The notes under the pieces are model-generated. The model had not been told where the DNA came from, ran no database searches, and saw nothing but the letters and a program-made list of their open reading frames with translations. A stretch of 64,000 nt of DNA from Yuukianura sp. NJ FZ-2021 (Eukaryota), in the NCBI GenBank assembly GCA_046563655.1, contig CM102285.1:4154001-4218000 (forward strand), in the 5' to 3' direction. Shown here piece by piece: positions 37,066 through 50,399 of this stretch (the stretch's first letter is position 1; the number at the start of each line of letters is the position of its first letter). The translations under genes and the position numbers were made by a program.

Positions 37066-39373
37066 AAGTTTTTTTTAATTTTGACGTACACATGAATTGA
37101 ACTGTCGCGTGTAAATTGTTTCGACACCTGGCATTTAATATTTAGATTGGAAAGCCTGAATTCGCGTTTGCCCGCTATAACCATCTATTCTTTCATTCAT
37201 TCGATAAATGAAGTAAACATAGGTGGCGAATTCAATGTTGTGGAAGCCTTTGGTAATGTCGCATGCCAGGTAGAATTCAAGGTTTCGCTGGAGTTTGTGG
37301 TTAAGATGTGCTTTTGCTTTCTCTGAACTTGAAATGCAATAGACCCATGTCTACAAACCTGCTGGACATGTAATTAGCGTCTGGTGTGGTGTAATGTCTT
37401 TGGCGTGCAAATCAAAGCTACCGAAGGTTCCAGTTCCCGGAAGTGGACTTTTTGAAGTAAATGGGACGACTGAAGTTCTCACTTATTCTTTTCCTTTGTT
37501 CTTTTTATGATAGGGCGGAACTTGAAACTGGTTTCCTTTGAGTAAATAATTGTAACCTTGCTTTACACATACCTTCTAATTAAATTACTCAAAGCAAAAT
37601 TAATAAGGACTAACCGCGAAACTACATGAAAAGATGCTTACCTCTGAAATGCGGAATTTTAGAGCGAGCTAGCAGAAAACTCTTTTAACTTTCCCAGAAA
37701 AGTGTGTCTTTTTCCTTTCAACTTTTACCTCACAAAGAAGTAACTCCAAAGTCTCGAAGCCTCGCACCTCCGCACAAAAGTCTTCCATATAATTCTTACA
37801 TGCATTGCTTTCGCACCTTTCCCCAAAACCTCAGTCTAAAACTCCATCCAGATTAGTTTTAATGACTTTCTGAAAATGGAAGTGAAAATCTTTCTCATTT
37901 ACATTTTATTGACTACAACATTTGGGAGTCTGAACGAACATCTTACGTTTGCAGACATTTTCTTCGTTGTAATCTATATTTCAGAAGTTTTGCAATAACA
38001 AGTAACACTTATTGAATTAACAAACATTTTGACACACAACGTGCAGCACGATCACAATAATGTAATAATTTTAGTTTAGGGCACGACATCATGTTAGGGG
38101 TACGAGCGGATGTAAATAAAATTTAATTAATATTTAGAAATTTCACATGAGTTGAAACTACCCAAATTAGGCTACAACTTTGTTAGTATACTTTTCAAGA
38201 GTTTTAACAGTAAAATATTAAAACATGTAATATACATGAGCTAATGTAAATAAATCTTAATTAACAAGATGTTAAGTCCATACTGTATCCGACTACCAAG
38301 ACTACTACTTTTTGAATAGTAATTAATTAGCTGTACATTTTCATAAAATAGGCTGCAGAATAAACATTTCTTTTACTAACTATGTAGCAGGTACAGTAGT
38401 GTCATATGGACTGAATTACCACCCTGTTTTAGGTCGGCCGTAATTATTAGCAGTGTACTTCGCCTAATTGTTCAAGATCAATTGATGTATAATGTTGGTC
38501 ACTGTTTTAAAAGTGGAATGAACCACACAAAATAAAACTTTGTTCAACTTTGGTAGGAAAGCTATTTGGAGGAAGAAATCACTTTTTGTTGATGTTTTCA
38601 CTTTAGAAGAGTACAATGGAACGTTTGTAGTCAGAGTGAAAGGACATGGTCGGGTGTCCATTTCATATGAAATGGGATGACAGTTCGTTTCAAAGTGCCA
38701 CTCACATGTCGCTATTGTCACTTCCTCAAAAGTGCAGCGGCTCCAATGGTATTACGGCTGAAGTAGTCTTCACCCGTTTCATCTTATACCAACGCTTTTG
38801 TGGTTAGGCTATTTATGTAGCGCTTTTGTTTTGGTACGTGCAAATCACACATTACTTTTAAGATTCATTAATTCCGTTCGTTCATAAGGAAATAAGAAAA
38901 TGACACACATACAAGGTAAACGAACTTAAAGCTTTCTAAGGTTGCAGTTTTAATGCCTCTGGAATCATCTTTGACTTGCCACAAAATAAGTCCTCACTTC
39001 ACTTACAACTTAGGCATTCTTAATACTTAAGGGCTTATATCTTGGTCGCTTACCAAACTCTACATTAAGCCTCAACCGCAAAATCCCAGCTTAGTAAGTG
39101 TATGCTCTTGCCAAAGACGCGGGATCAGTTTGAAAAACTTTATAGAAAAAGAAAGAAAAGATTCCTTGAGAAATCTTCCTTCTCTAAGAGTTTTGCAAAG
39201 TTAGCTTTAGTGATGCAGATGATGGCCCGACGCACTTGCAGTTAATCAGGTCGTGGATTAAGGAATTAGTTGCAATTGAAGGGGCCAGTCAAAGAAGTGC
39301 CTCTAGAAAATTTTGATTTTTAGAAAATCGCGTTACCAAGCCAATTTTTATCAAATTTTAATTTTAATTAAAA

Positions 39374-41069
39374 GCGTCCGCCCGAAACTACGCTCTCCCA
39401 GTAAATTTCTTCTAGCGAAATCGCACAAAATCGCGTAAAAAATCGCACATAGGATTATGACTTCAGGAAAAATCGCGCGTTGAATTAAAATCGCATGAAA
39501 AATCGTGTGGTGAATTAAAATCGCGTGAAAATCGCATATTGAATTAAGTTGGTGTGAAGAATCGCATGTTGTAACAACATCGCGTGAAAAATCGCACGTT
39601 GAATTAAAATCGCGTGAAAAATCGCACGTCGAATTAGGGTCACGTGAAAAATCCCACGTTTAACATATTTCAAGTCCAGTTCAAGTAAGAAGTTAAGAAC
39701 AGTGTTGCTGCATATCCACTGTTTCAGCAGTCCATCCGGGACATATCCATGTGATATAGTATCAATAAATCCGGATAAAATCCAGTTTCCTGTGGACGAA
39801 ATTGGGTTGTTTCATCTGGAAGAAACCAATAAAACCCGGTATATCCACCACTTTCGAGTAGAGTGGCAGAAACATTTTATTCATCCACCAACACTTAAAA
39901 CTCGTAGCCCGTGATAAAGATTACGTGAGAAATCCTGTTAAAATTTGAACGCCGTATGCAAGCATTCCACATGCGCCGTATTTGTAAACCTGATAGATAT
40001 TTAAAACGTTTCACGTCAAAATGCTGAAATGAGACCGAACCCCTTGCTTGCTAGGTGGCTTTGCAGTTTTACATGCTCCGGAATGTGCCATACATTTGCA
40101 ACGGTTTGGAATTTTGCAAATTGGCAACTTTTCCGTAATGGGAATTAGAGAAGCCCTGCGCTTCGGCGATTCTGGCACCCCCTTGAATCGCGTGCGCAAT
40201 ACATCGCGATTCATTGCATTTACCAAATATAACTAGTAATATGCATTTGCTTTCTAAGCGTATCTTTCAGCTGCTTTTACCTCCATTTACCGCGAAAAAC
40301 TACTTGCAACTGCCTGTATTATTTACGAGGACCACAGTTGCCTAAAAACGGAGTTGTCCTTATGTTTCTTAACCAAAATTTATGATCTGCGTATTTACGT
40401 TACAAATGAAACTGAAAACGGTAGAATTATCTGCAAATATTTCAAGTTTAAGCTGCATCAGCCTGCATCGCCCAGGAGTAGTCCGCATCGCGAATCTTTT
40501 GTCCCAAAACAGCGATTCAGATGCATCGTACGATAAGGAAAAGGCGGGATCGACAGCGATTCATCGGGACATCGCAAATGGAAATATTACCTGTCTCGGT
40601 CACTTTTCACAATTTCGATCCGAAAAGTCTAAAGCATCAAGCATCTGAAATGAGAGACCAGCATACGCTACATGAAAATCCTAGCAATGCCTAGACTTTT
40701 TCAACAGCCATCGTCTTCTGTAATTTAATTTTCACTTCATCGTGACATTTGCCATGCCATCGAATTTCAGCGTGCAATTTTTCACCCGGTCTTAATTCAG
40801 CATGCGATTTTTCCACGATCTGGATTTAATGCAAAATGTATTAAACACAAGAGTTTTAACGCAAAATACGTAAAACGTGCGATTTTGATCGTAAAATAAA
40901 TTCTACGTACGACTTGTAACGCGAACAATGTTGAAATATATTTAAACGTGCAACTTTGAACAGGAAATAAATTCAAGGTGCGATTTTTAGCCTGTTCCTA
41001 CTTCAATCAGATTTTTTTTCGATGTAGTTAGATGTATAGAACTTGGGGAACGTAGTTTTGGGCGGACGC
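39374..41069. mobile_element. Non-autonomous TIR element (~1.7 kb) with ~30-bp subterminal tandem arrays (Mutator-like organisation)
   Basis: TIR gcgtccgcccgaaactacgctctccca vs tggggaacgtagttttgggcggacgc. Array aaaatcgcgtgaaaaatcgcacgttgaatt at ~39417-39660, with degenerate inverted copies at ~40765-40990. No convincing TSD or transposase ORF. Confidence 0.7.
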
Positions 41070-41308
41070 ATGGAATTGAAATTTAAATTAATGTAAATCT
41101 CGATTCATTCCTTTCTTTTTTCGCCATTGAACAAAAAAACGTCCTAAGGTCCTAATGGTGGTGCTTTAAAATTTTCAATGTTTACGGTATAACGCTTCAT
41201 AACACGTGCGAAGCGTAATCAATGTATGCGCAAAAAATTAATTGTTGCTATCAACAACTGAAATCTGTAATCAACAAGATCTTAGAGGCACTTCTTCTAC
41301 TGGCTCCT

Positions 41309-44300
41309 TCAATTCAAGTGAGTTGCAGCGTCTCTGTGGTGGGGTTCATTAGTGGCTGTTGCGGATGAAAGGGCATGGCGTGGAGGGTGAACTGCTGCTG
41401 GCAAAGCAGGAGAGTCTCGCCTCGACAATGATCCGCGGGAAGGTGTCCGATTTCGTGAGATGTGGTGGACATTGGAAAAGCGACGGGCCGTAAATGAGAC
41501 ACGCAAGTGCCCGGGAGATGTCTTTTGGGTAACCGGAGAACTGCCTGAGGGACGTCGTCTGAATGCGCCCATTGGGAATGGCAGTTTGCATCCAATCCCA
41601 CGGAGAAAGTCCTGTAGAAGATTTGGGTTGAAAAAGAGAAAGATCCACGGGTTGACACAGGAATTCAAAGAGGCCAGAAGCGTCAGAATTGTGAAAGTCG
41701 TTCCTAAAACACAAGGAAAACAGATTCGGAATTCGAATTAGCAATTGCAGCAATAATATAACAACATATGTTTAGTTTCATTAGTCTTAACACAAGTTAT
41801 TTTAATATAGTAAAACGCGGACCAAGCTTCAACTTTGTTTGAACGTAGCCTAGTCCAAAAAATCACTTGAAGTCGATTTTTTAGTTTACACATTCGTTTT
41901 TTCTTGACTTTTTATACTCCAATTGATGTTTTTTATGTTTAAGGAGGAGATCACTAACATTCCCGAGAGACGCGAAAAAAGGGGGTACGCACCCTACCCA
42001 GTACGTATATCAGTCGCAATTATAGTCGGGGCAAACAATTTTCATTTCGACCTGGTTTTTGTGGTTTGAGAGACGTACATCCCTCCCTCATGCTGAATTT
42101 ACACATTCCTTTCCCCGTTACTTTCCGCAAGAAAAGTACAGTGTCGCCCGGCGTTGCCAGGAGAACTGAACTGAATTTTCTTTTTTGTTTTGTCGGTGAC
42201 ACTGTATTTTTCTTGCAGAAAGTAACGGGGAAAGGAAAGTATAAATTCGGCATCACTCTCCTCTCCCAAAAGAACCTCTGGTGACATATTAAGTTTCAGG
42301 AAAGAGAGTTCAGAAAATTCAGCAAAATCTCTCGATATTCCATCATTGCCTTGCGCTTTATTTTTCGGCATAGATACAGAAACCTAGAAAGGCGTGTGAA
42401 ACGGTGACATAAAACATTGCTCTAGGTTTTTTGGTCACGGCCTTTCAAAAGTTATTCGAAACTTCCAGTAAAACTTGGAAACGTGTTAAAAACTCTGAAG
42501 CCTTGTGGGATGACATTTGAGGTGAAGAGGTAAACTCTTCTAACTTTTCCCGTGGATCCTGAGTGGCAATATTGTGTATTTCTCTATGTAAATCTATACC
42601 GGTCTTAATCTACGTGTAAATCTATACTTGGAAGTGCAATATCGCTTAAGCGATAAAACTATTCATTTACTTTAAACTTGCTCTTTTACATTCACTATTC
42701 AATCGTTCTTTAATAATGTTCTTTCATAGAAGCAAGTTGGATTTTTTTTGAAGAGCATCGGCTTAGCAATTTGTAACGTTGAAATTTTGTTTTATAACTT
42801 TGACCAAAAATTCTGAAATTCGGGTCAGCATTTCTTTTCGGTCGTTGGAATATACCAGACATATTGACGGTATTCAGAAAAGTTAAGGCGTTACGAAGTT
42901 ATTTCCATACAAAACGCTCCGATAGAGTGTGAAGACCCAAATGTACTCATTAGTACCTTTAATTGAATTTAAATTTTTGGTCAAGGTAAGGATTAGCGAC
43001 CGTCATTGTAGCCGCACAGTGTAGCCGCTCCGCCATTTTTTGTGGCTACAATGGGTGGCTACACCTGAGCGGCAACTTAAGTAGCCACTTTAACCTAACC
43101 TAACCTAACCTAAAGTGGCAACATAAGTTGCCACACAGTATAGCCACCCATTGTAGCCACAAAAAATGGCGGAGCGGCTACACTGTGCGGCTACAATGAC
43201 GGTCCTTAAGGCTTACCCCAACCAAATTTTTATTCCGAAAAAGCCATGCATTCGTCAAAAGGTGTTTTTCCCGGTATAATTCGACTCTATAGTACGTTTA
43301 AAAATATGAAAACCCGTTCTAGATTTTTTCTCTGTTAATTAGCAACGGGCTTAATTAGTAAGCAAGCAAATGTTCGGAATTGATTTCTGAACCGCGAGCG
43401 TTCTGCCCAGGAAGATGAACCTTTCTTTAAACTTTTGGGTGATTTCCTGAAGGCTCAAACAGCAAACCACCCTAGGCTAATTTTTAGTACAAACTAAAAA
43501 GTCAGAGAGAGCTTAATTACAAAATGGTTGATCTCCTTCATTTAAACTTACACACGTTTTACATTTTGCGCTAAAAGTTATAAGACCGCATAGCAAATAA
43601 AACCTGTTACCCAGTGTAAAGAACTTTTTAAATAGAGAGCCAGTGATGTCATGTTTAAGCACATCATTATGAGAGCTTACTCACGGGCAAATGCGGCAAA
43701 AGTTTTTTTTCTTTTTTGAACGGTCGAACCTTAACAGCGATTTTCTGTATTACATTACAATCTAAAGAATTTAGTTTGACGTTCTTGAAACTTTTTCCTT
43801 TTCAGAACTGTGTACGCTTCAGCATGGTGTTACCTTTCTACTCCTTTTGAACCCATTTCTATTTAACTTCGTTCTTGAACCTATCTGTAGGATTTACATT
43901 TAAAAGTCAGGCCATTAAGTTGCAAAGTTTTGTGAAAGTTTCTTGAGTAGGTGCACATTAGAATATGGATTTAATCCATTTGGCATGCCTTAATGATGTA
44001 ACCAAAAGTAAACTTCTTGGTTATGCAGTAGCACAAGACTACGTTCTATAAGCAGTATTAAATTGAAGGCTTTCACATCAGTTCCTTCTAAACTTAGGGG
44101 CTTGATAGAATATTAACTTTACCTCAAAATCTAGTCGCGAGATTACGAAACACATTGGAGAAGTTTTCAGGTATTAGAATCATAAGAATAAATATTAGGA
44201 TGGTCCTTTGCCCGCTCATTCAATTCAATTATCTACAAAATTTTACCACTTTCAACAAAATACATAGTAAACTATGCTATAAGCTATGTTAAAAGTCTAA

Positions 44301-47300
44301 CGTAATTTTGTTAAGCCAAATCTCTCAGTTTCAACAAAATACAATTGGCAAAGGAAGTTAAATCCTATTTCTAATTTTTTTCTGAGTTCTATGCTTGAAT
44401 GAACAAAAGTCATTAGGGCATGTTTTTTTTTGTTTTTGCAGAGTCTCTGACACAGACAGACAGTCGTGTTTAGCGAAGAAAATTAAGGAACAAAGAGAAA
44501 GCGGCGTCGTTTTCTTCAGAATTTTTGAATGAAATCGAAATCCCATTTTATTTGCTCATAAACTAGTTTCTCGAGCTTTCCCTTTTCGTTCTAAATTCGT
44601 TACGAAGGCGAAGTACAGCTTAACTTCTGCCAAATAATAAATAGCCAACCTACGTCATCCCTGTTTTATGCAAATTTAAAATTACAGGGAACAGCCATTG
44701 AAAAGGAAAAACTAAAATCAAGGTTTGCTATTTGTAAAAAAAATAAGTTCAACAAAGAGACTGGGCTGTTTTGCATATGGAATTTTCTAAATATTTTACT
44801 TAACTTGCGACACTTAATCTCTATTGCTAAGAAAATGCAAATTTTGCTACAAAACTTTTGAAAATGTTATGTAAAGGTAAACTTACCATAATTAAATTAG
44901 TTTTTTTTTTTTTACAATTTTTATAATGTTTTAAAATCAGTGTGCAGAATACTAAATAAGCCATTAGCAAGACCAACTTTTACTTTTAGATTTCGTTTTT
45001 AGATTTTTTTACAACAAAAAACAATGACTCTTAACCTTTCCTTTCCGTCTCACATGCTTCTTTGGATAGAAAATTGATGCTAGAAATATGAATCTCATTC
45101 ATTCATTCAAGTATTCTTTGTAATATTAAACCTTTTAATTAAATTTCCAAAAGGTTTAATTACAAAATCCGGGAAGCTGGAGGAATTGTTTACTACAACG
45201 CCAAAGTTCCCTAGAAATTATAACTTTTCTTGCAACGGATGGGACACTCACGCGTTTTGGAAAAAGATATATGTTCATTTTAGGACATGAAAGACATGTG
45301 TTTGATCTTTCTTTGCTGCTTTTATTCATGTTTCAAATTTCGGTCTTTTTGGTCAAAACTTTGTTCGGCTTTAGTAGGATATCTCACGGAGAAATCTACA
45401 TTTCAACGGGGATGAGTATGTATGGATGCAATTTCCACAAAGCTCAACTTCAATTTTAATACGGCATTCGCATTACAGTATTACGGCACTCGCATTTTTT
45501 TCACACGCTTCTTAATTAATGGGTGTACAATGTAAAGTACACCATTTGAATTCCAAATTGAGACCAAACTTCTGTCATAATTATGAATTATCTTCGAATT
45601 TTTCATGCCCAAAAATAAGTCAAACAATTTTTTTTTCAAAATTTCTAATTTCTAAAAAAAAGAAGACTTTTTTGTCATCAACAACTCATATGCTTTTTGG
45701 TAAATCGAAAATTACATTGATTAAAAACCTTTCAACCTTCAAACGGCAGCTAAACTTCAAAATGAAACAAACCATCTCATGTACACGTTAGTATTGAATG
45801 ATTTTTTAAACTACAGAAGTATTCATCATATCACGAAAATCTGCATAAGTCTAAATGTATTAATATTAAAATTAATTGACGGGATAATAACGATAAATTG
45901 GTCAATAGACATACGGAAATCTTCGTGAAGTAATAAAATTGAAAACTTTTTTTTATAAACTATATAGTCTTTCCCAAACTTTCCAGTATGATTGAATTCA
46001 CGCCTAAGGAGACTCGCAAAAATTCTTTGATTTTGTCTAAATTTGATATTTTTTCTTTAGTGTACTTTAGTGTGGCAAACCTCGACAAATTTGTTTGCTT
46101 TTTCAAGCTGCGCAGCTTTTGAGATTGCGAGTTTAGTTTAAGCCCCTAAGAAACTGACGTGTTTGAATTGGAAGTGGAAAATTGACAACTTGGTTTGTCA
46201 AAGAAAAAAGAATCAGCGAGTATAGAAAGTTGAAAAGGAAAAAAATGAAGTGAGAAATCGAAAATTCAAGGAGGATAAACAATCTGAAATCTATTTTGAT
46301 GAAAACAAATGGAATCACGAAACAACAAACTGTCGAATCCTTTACAAAAATTCATAACTTTTGTAAGTTTGATATCTGTACAATTTCGTCGTATAAAGGC
46401 AATGTTCCATGTTATACCGTAGATTTCCAAATAGTACCCTCGGGTACTAACTCTTCTCGCGATTTGGTGAAGGGATACTAATCTTAATCTCACATGTTAA
46501 TTCAAAATCGAATTTCTTCCAAAGGTAATGCTTCTTAGATTTGTTTAAAAACAACGTCATAAGAATCATCATATGCTGACAATAATTAAGATATCGTAGC
46601 CCTTCATCGCTTTAGTAAATTTACGTCAAGTATCAAAAGGCTCACCAAACTTTAAAATTTTTTCTGTTTTACTGCAAAAGCTGCACCTGAACCAACCCAA
46701 AAGCGCATTTCTGTTTCCAAAAACTCCAGTTTTCTCAGATTTTATGAAAAAAGTCAACACTTGGAGGTCCTTATTTGAAGAAATCCACTTTATTTTCCGC
46801 AAGATAAATTTTGGAAAGAAAACGAAGAAAAACAAGCTCGAACGGGAAGACCAAGCACGTTGCAACATTGGCTTCATCTCAGCGGTCGGTTAATGGAAAA
46901 CTAAGGCAAGAGGATTCAATGATTAATTCTCACACTTGACGTAACTGTCACAAAGGTTCCTGATTGGACTACTTTTTCAAACTTTCCTCAAGAACAATTT
47001 TCCAATTCATTGAAAATAAAAACTTGAACTGGTGATGTTCAAAGTCTGAAATCAGAGCTCTTTAACAAAGAGTTACAAAGCTAACTACTTTACAGAGTTA
47101 ACCTTGTCAAACAGTAATTACTCAAGAAGAAAGTTTTCGACAACGCTGCACAAGTGTGCTTTCTTTATCGAAAGCTTAGACATGAACTAAAATTAAAAAC
47201 GTAATTTCGAATTTTAATCAACTATTGAAAAGTTAATTTTAATTTCAAATTCGTTAATTAACCTTATTCTCTTCAATCAATGGGTAATTGGAACCAAAAG

Positions 47301-50236
47301 TTTGAAAAATCAAGTCGTTTTCAAAATAAGTTTCGCCATTCCTTGCTTCAATCTTGTACTTTTTTGATTTGCACTAATTTGAAACTCTTTAAATCAGGGT
47401 TCGAAAACTACGGTATTTTTGCCGAAAACTACGTAACTTACGTAATTATCGTAACTTACGTAATCTACGTAAGATTGTAATTTTCAAAACAAGCCGCCTG
47501 CACCCCACTCCCATCCCCAAACCATAAACTATTAATATCTACTAGTATCTAATTGCGTTAAAAATCAAACCATATATGCGTAGTGATTCCGAGTACAGGT
47601 ATGCCGGAAAGCGGTCTGATGCGGAACTGTGAGCCAACATAATTGGTAGAAATCTATCGATGTTTCTGTAAGTGTGATTTCATCCTGTCCGGGATTCCTG
47701 CATGTCTCCAATCACACAACTTACAATTTGCCCAGGGGATCTTACTGCGCGGGTTTGGTTCAAGGTCAAAATTGTTCCAAATCGGATCTCTGACTCGTGG
47801 CATTTCAATAACAGCCAGTTAAAACAACAGAAAGAAAAGCTAGAAGGCAGATCAGTGTTAAAACCGAAAAAATAATCATCTAAATCACTGCTCTTTTCTT
47901 ATTTTGGACTTCTCCCGCTACCCTGACTCCTGCGCTATCTCCCTCCCGCGTAAAACTCAAAAGAATGAAAATTACGAAAATTACAACCCCTCTGAAAATT
48001 ACGTAACTTACGTACGTAAGTTACGTAAGTTACAGGACGTAAGTTACAGCCTTCGAACCCTGCTTTAAATTGAAATACTGAGTTGAAAAATACGGAATTC
48101 CCCGTCTAGACCAAAAGTTTCTTCATCTGTGATGCTGCCAAACTAACATTTCATTCTTTTTCACCCGAAACTGATGAGAAAGCGTTGTAGCATTAACATT
48201 GATGAGCCTAATTCTACTAATTATAGAGTTACGTACGAATCCAAGCAGAAATTTCCCCATGAAATTTTTCCAAATTGGATCTCCTATTTTTCAGTAAAAG
48301 TTACAAAAACTTCGCTTTTTTATTACCAAGAAAAAAATACCTCTTTTGATGAGAATTCTCACGCGGAATTGATGTTTATTGTTACATAAAATTTAAAAAA
48401 TGAAATCAGGCCTGTTTCTCTTGAGAATAAAAAATAAAGAATGCTAGTGGTTTTTACCTGTATAGAACTTGCTCTGGTAAGCGTTGGGGTCAAAAGTCAC
48501 CCACAGTTGAGCCGTAATGAACGGCGACGAGCAGAAAATGTAGCAGCAGATGACCGTGACTGTGAGCTTGACAGTTTTGATCTTTGCTCTGGAAATGCCT
48601 TTCACCGAAGAAGTCCTTGGTTGAGCTTCATCAACGTCTGTCAACAGGCGTTTCCGTCCAGAAGACTCCGCTTTGCTTCCTTTGTCCTTGATGCCTACCA
48701 TGGTCGGAATTGAATTTACGTTTGGTTTTACCAAACGGCCATTTGCAGAAGCCATTTTGGTTTTTGAAGAGGGCCATTTGTAGTTCCTGGTTGATTGGAT
48801 GCCTTTGGTTTTCGATTTTGGATCGTTTGAAATTGGAAATTCCTCGCCACTCGTTTTGCTCTGGAGAGAGTCACCGTTGATTCCGCTGAAACCGTTTAAG
48901 CTTTTGACATTGGAGGACGTTCTGTTAAGCTCGTGTCCTTCCACTTCAACGCCACCATCACGTTTCGGTGAAATCAAAGGCAAACTGTCTTTGCCTTTGT
49001 ACCGCGACGGTGGTCCAGCCCCAGTAGCCTCAGGAACAGTTGTATATCTGATGCTGCTGACATTTCCCTTTTTGTCTGTTCCCCAGGAGACCTCCACGTC
49101 TTTACTGTTGTTAAGTCGATTCGAATGCATAGCACGGTCCACCGTCCCTGGACCGTGGTTGCTCAAGGGCTCTTGGGGAAAAACAGAGTCCTCCATGTCA
49201 GTCTCGTTGATTGACGGTGATGCAATGTATGCAGACGGTGGGGAGGGTGGTGTGGCTCCCTCGCGCTGTTTAGAAGCTGCCGCCGTTTTCATGTTAAAGT
49301 TGGCCCAAATGGCGCGGCAAATACAAGTGTAGGCGAAAACAAGTATCAGGAGTGGAACTATAAAAAAGCTGATGGCGTACCAGGTCACATAGACTTCTTG
49401 ACCTCCGGGAGGAAAACTGGCCCAACAGTCAGGGAAGCCCATGACCTTGAATGAAAAATTTTCACGATCAAAATATTTTACTAAATGTTACTTTGAGGAG
49501 TTCAAAAAACTTTTGAAACCTATACTATAGCGTTTAAAACTCCGAGCAAAGATTAACTTTACGTACAACCTTAATTTTTGAAAATTTTGAAAACAAAAGT
49601 TCTCACCTCCTGTAGGCTGAAAATGAAGAGCTGCGGGATGCAGAAGAGGAGGGATATGAACCAAGCAATTCCCAACATCAGCTTGGATTGGCGGGCAGTC
49701 CAAGTGCAATTTGTCAACGGAAAACAAATGGCGTGGTAGCGATCCAGTGCTGTCATGACCAAAACGTAGGACGAAGAGTACGGGCCGAGAATTTGTGTAA
49801 ATTTGACAAATTTGCAGAGGGCGTTGTTGCCAAGGAAAGACGGAAAAGTCAATTCCATGATAAACTGAGCACCGACATTGAAGAATGCTGTGATGAGGTC
49901 AGCAAAAGACAAGTGAAGGATGAAGTAATACATTCGAGTCATTTTTTGCCGCCGAAAATAGATTCCAAAAATGACAATCGCGTTTCCCAATAGTGTTGCA
50001 ACGAATATGCAAGCCAAAACGCCCATTTCAACTTTCGCCAAATCTTCATCTCTTTGTCGAGTTGTCATATTTGACGTTTCTCGGAACTGGGTGACATTTG
50101 GAAAGATGGCTACTGTTGGGGTCACTGACGCGGACGCATTGAGGTTACTCAGCGGAAAATATGGACGCGTTTTGTTAGGGGCTTCCAGCATCATCAAGTC
50201 GCCGATAAAACTTTCTTCGGAGTTTATGACATCCAT
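41309..50236 (-). CDS. Oxytocin/vasopressin-like (inotocin) receptor, rhodopsin-family GPCR, 670 aa, 3 coding exons (50236-49607, 49445-48458, 41703-41309)
   Basis: Motifs [11 protein letters not shown]1 (GN), [96 protein letters not shown]. Junctions gag|gtgaga (phase 0) and g|gtaaaa (phase 1) match their acceptors. Total 2013 nt. Confidence 0.93.
42090..42253. mobile_element. ~160-bp hairpin MITE in GPCR intron 2
   Basis: atgctgaatttacacattcctttccccgttactttccgcaagaaaagtacagtgtcgcc is nearly the reverse complement of ggtgacactgtatttttcttgcagaaagtaacggggaaaggaaagtataaattcggcat. Confidence 0.75.
42985..43217. mobile_element. Near-perfect palindromic MITE with a central (TAACC)n tract
   Basis: Arm gaccgtcattgtagccgcacagtgtagccgctccgccattttttgtggctacaatgggtggcta has its exact reverse complement at 43141-43204. 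taacctaacctaacctaacctaa lies at 43091-43113. Confidence 0.88.
47395..48062. mobile_element. hAT-type MITE, 668 bp
   Basis: Perfect 8-bp TSD ctttaaat (47387-47394; 48063-48070). TIR cagggttcgaa / ttcgaaccctg. Subterminal acgtaa/ttacgt repeats at both ends. Confidence 0.92.
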
Positions 50237-50399
50237 TTTTATTTATTTCTACTCAAATTCCAAAGTCGAAGAACTTTTGTGAATGAAGCACTTTTCATTT
50301 CCTCGATGATATTATTTTAGTGTTCTATTTGCTTCTTCCTGCAGTAGTTTCCGGTGGCTTTTAGTGTTCTGGAATGATCAAGGAATAAAAATAAAACGG

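Noticed and set aside
48799..49332. 177-aa plus-strand ORF, and similar antisense ORFs over the IR, LDLa and LINE regions
   Set aside because: These are shadow ORFs opposite real coding exons, with no recognisable motifs.
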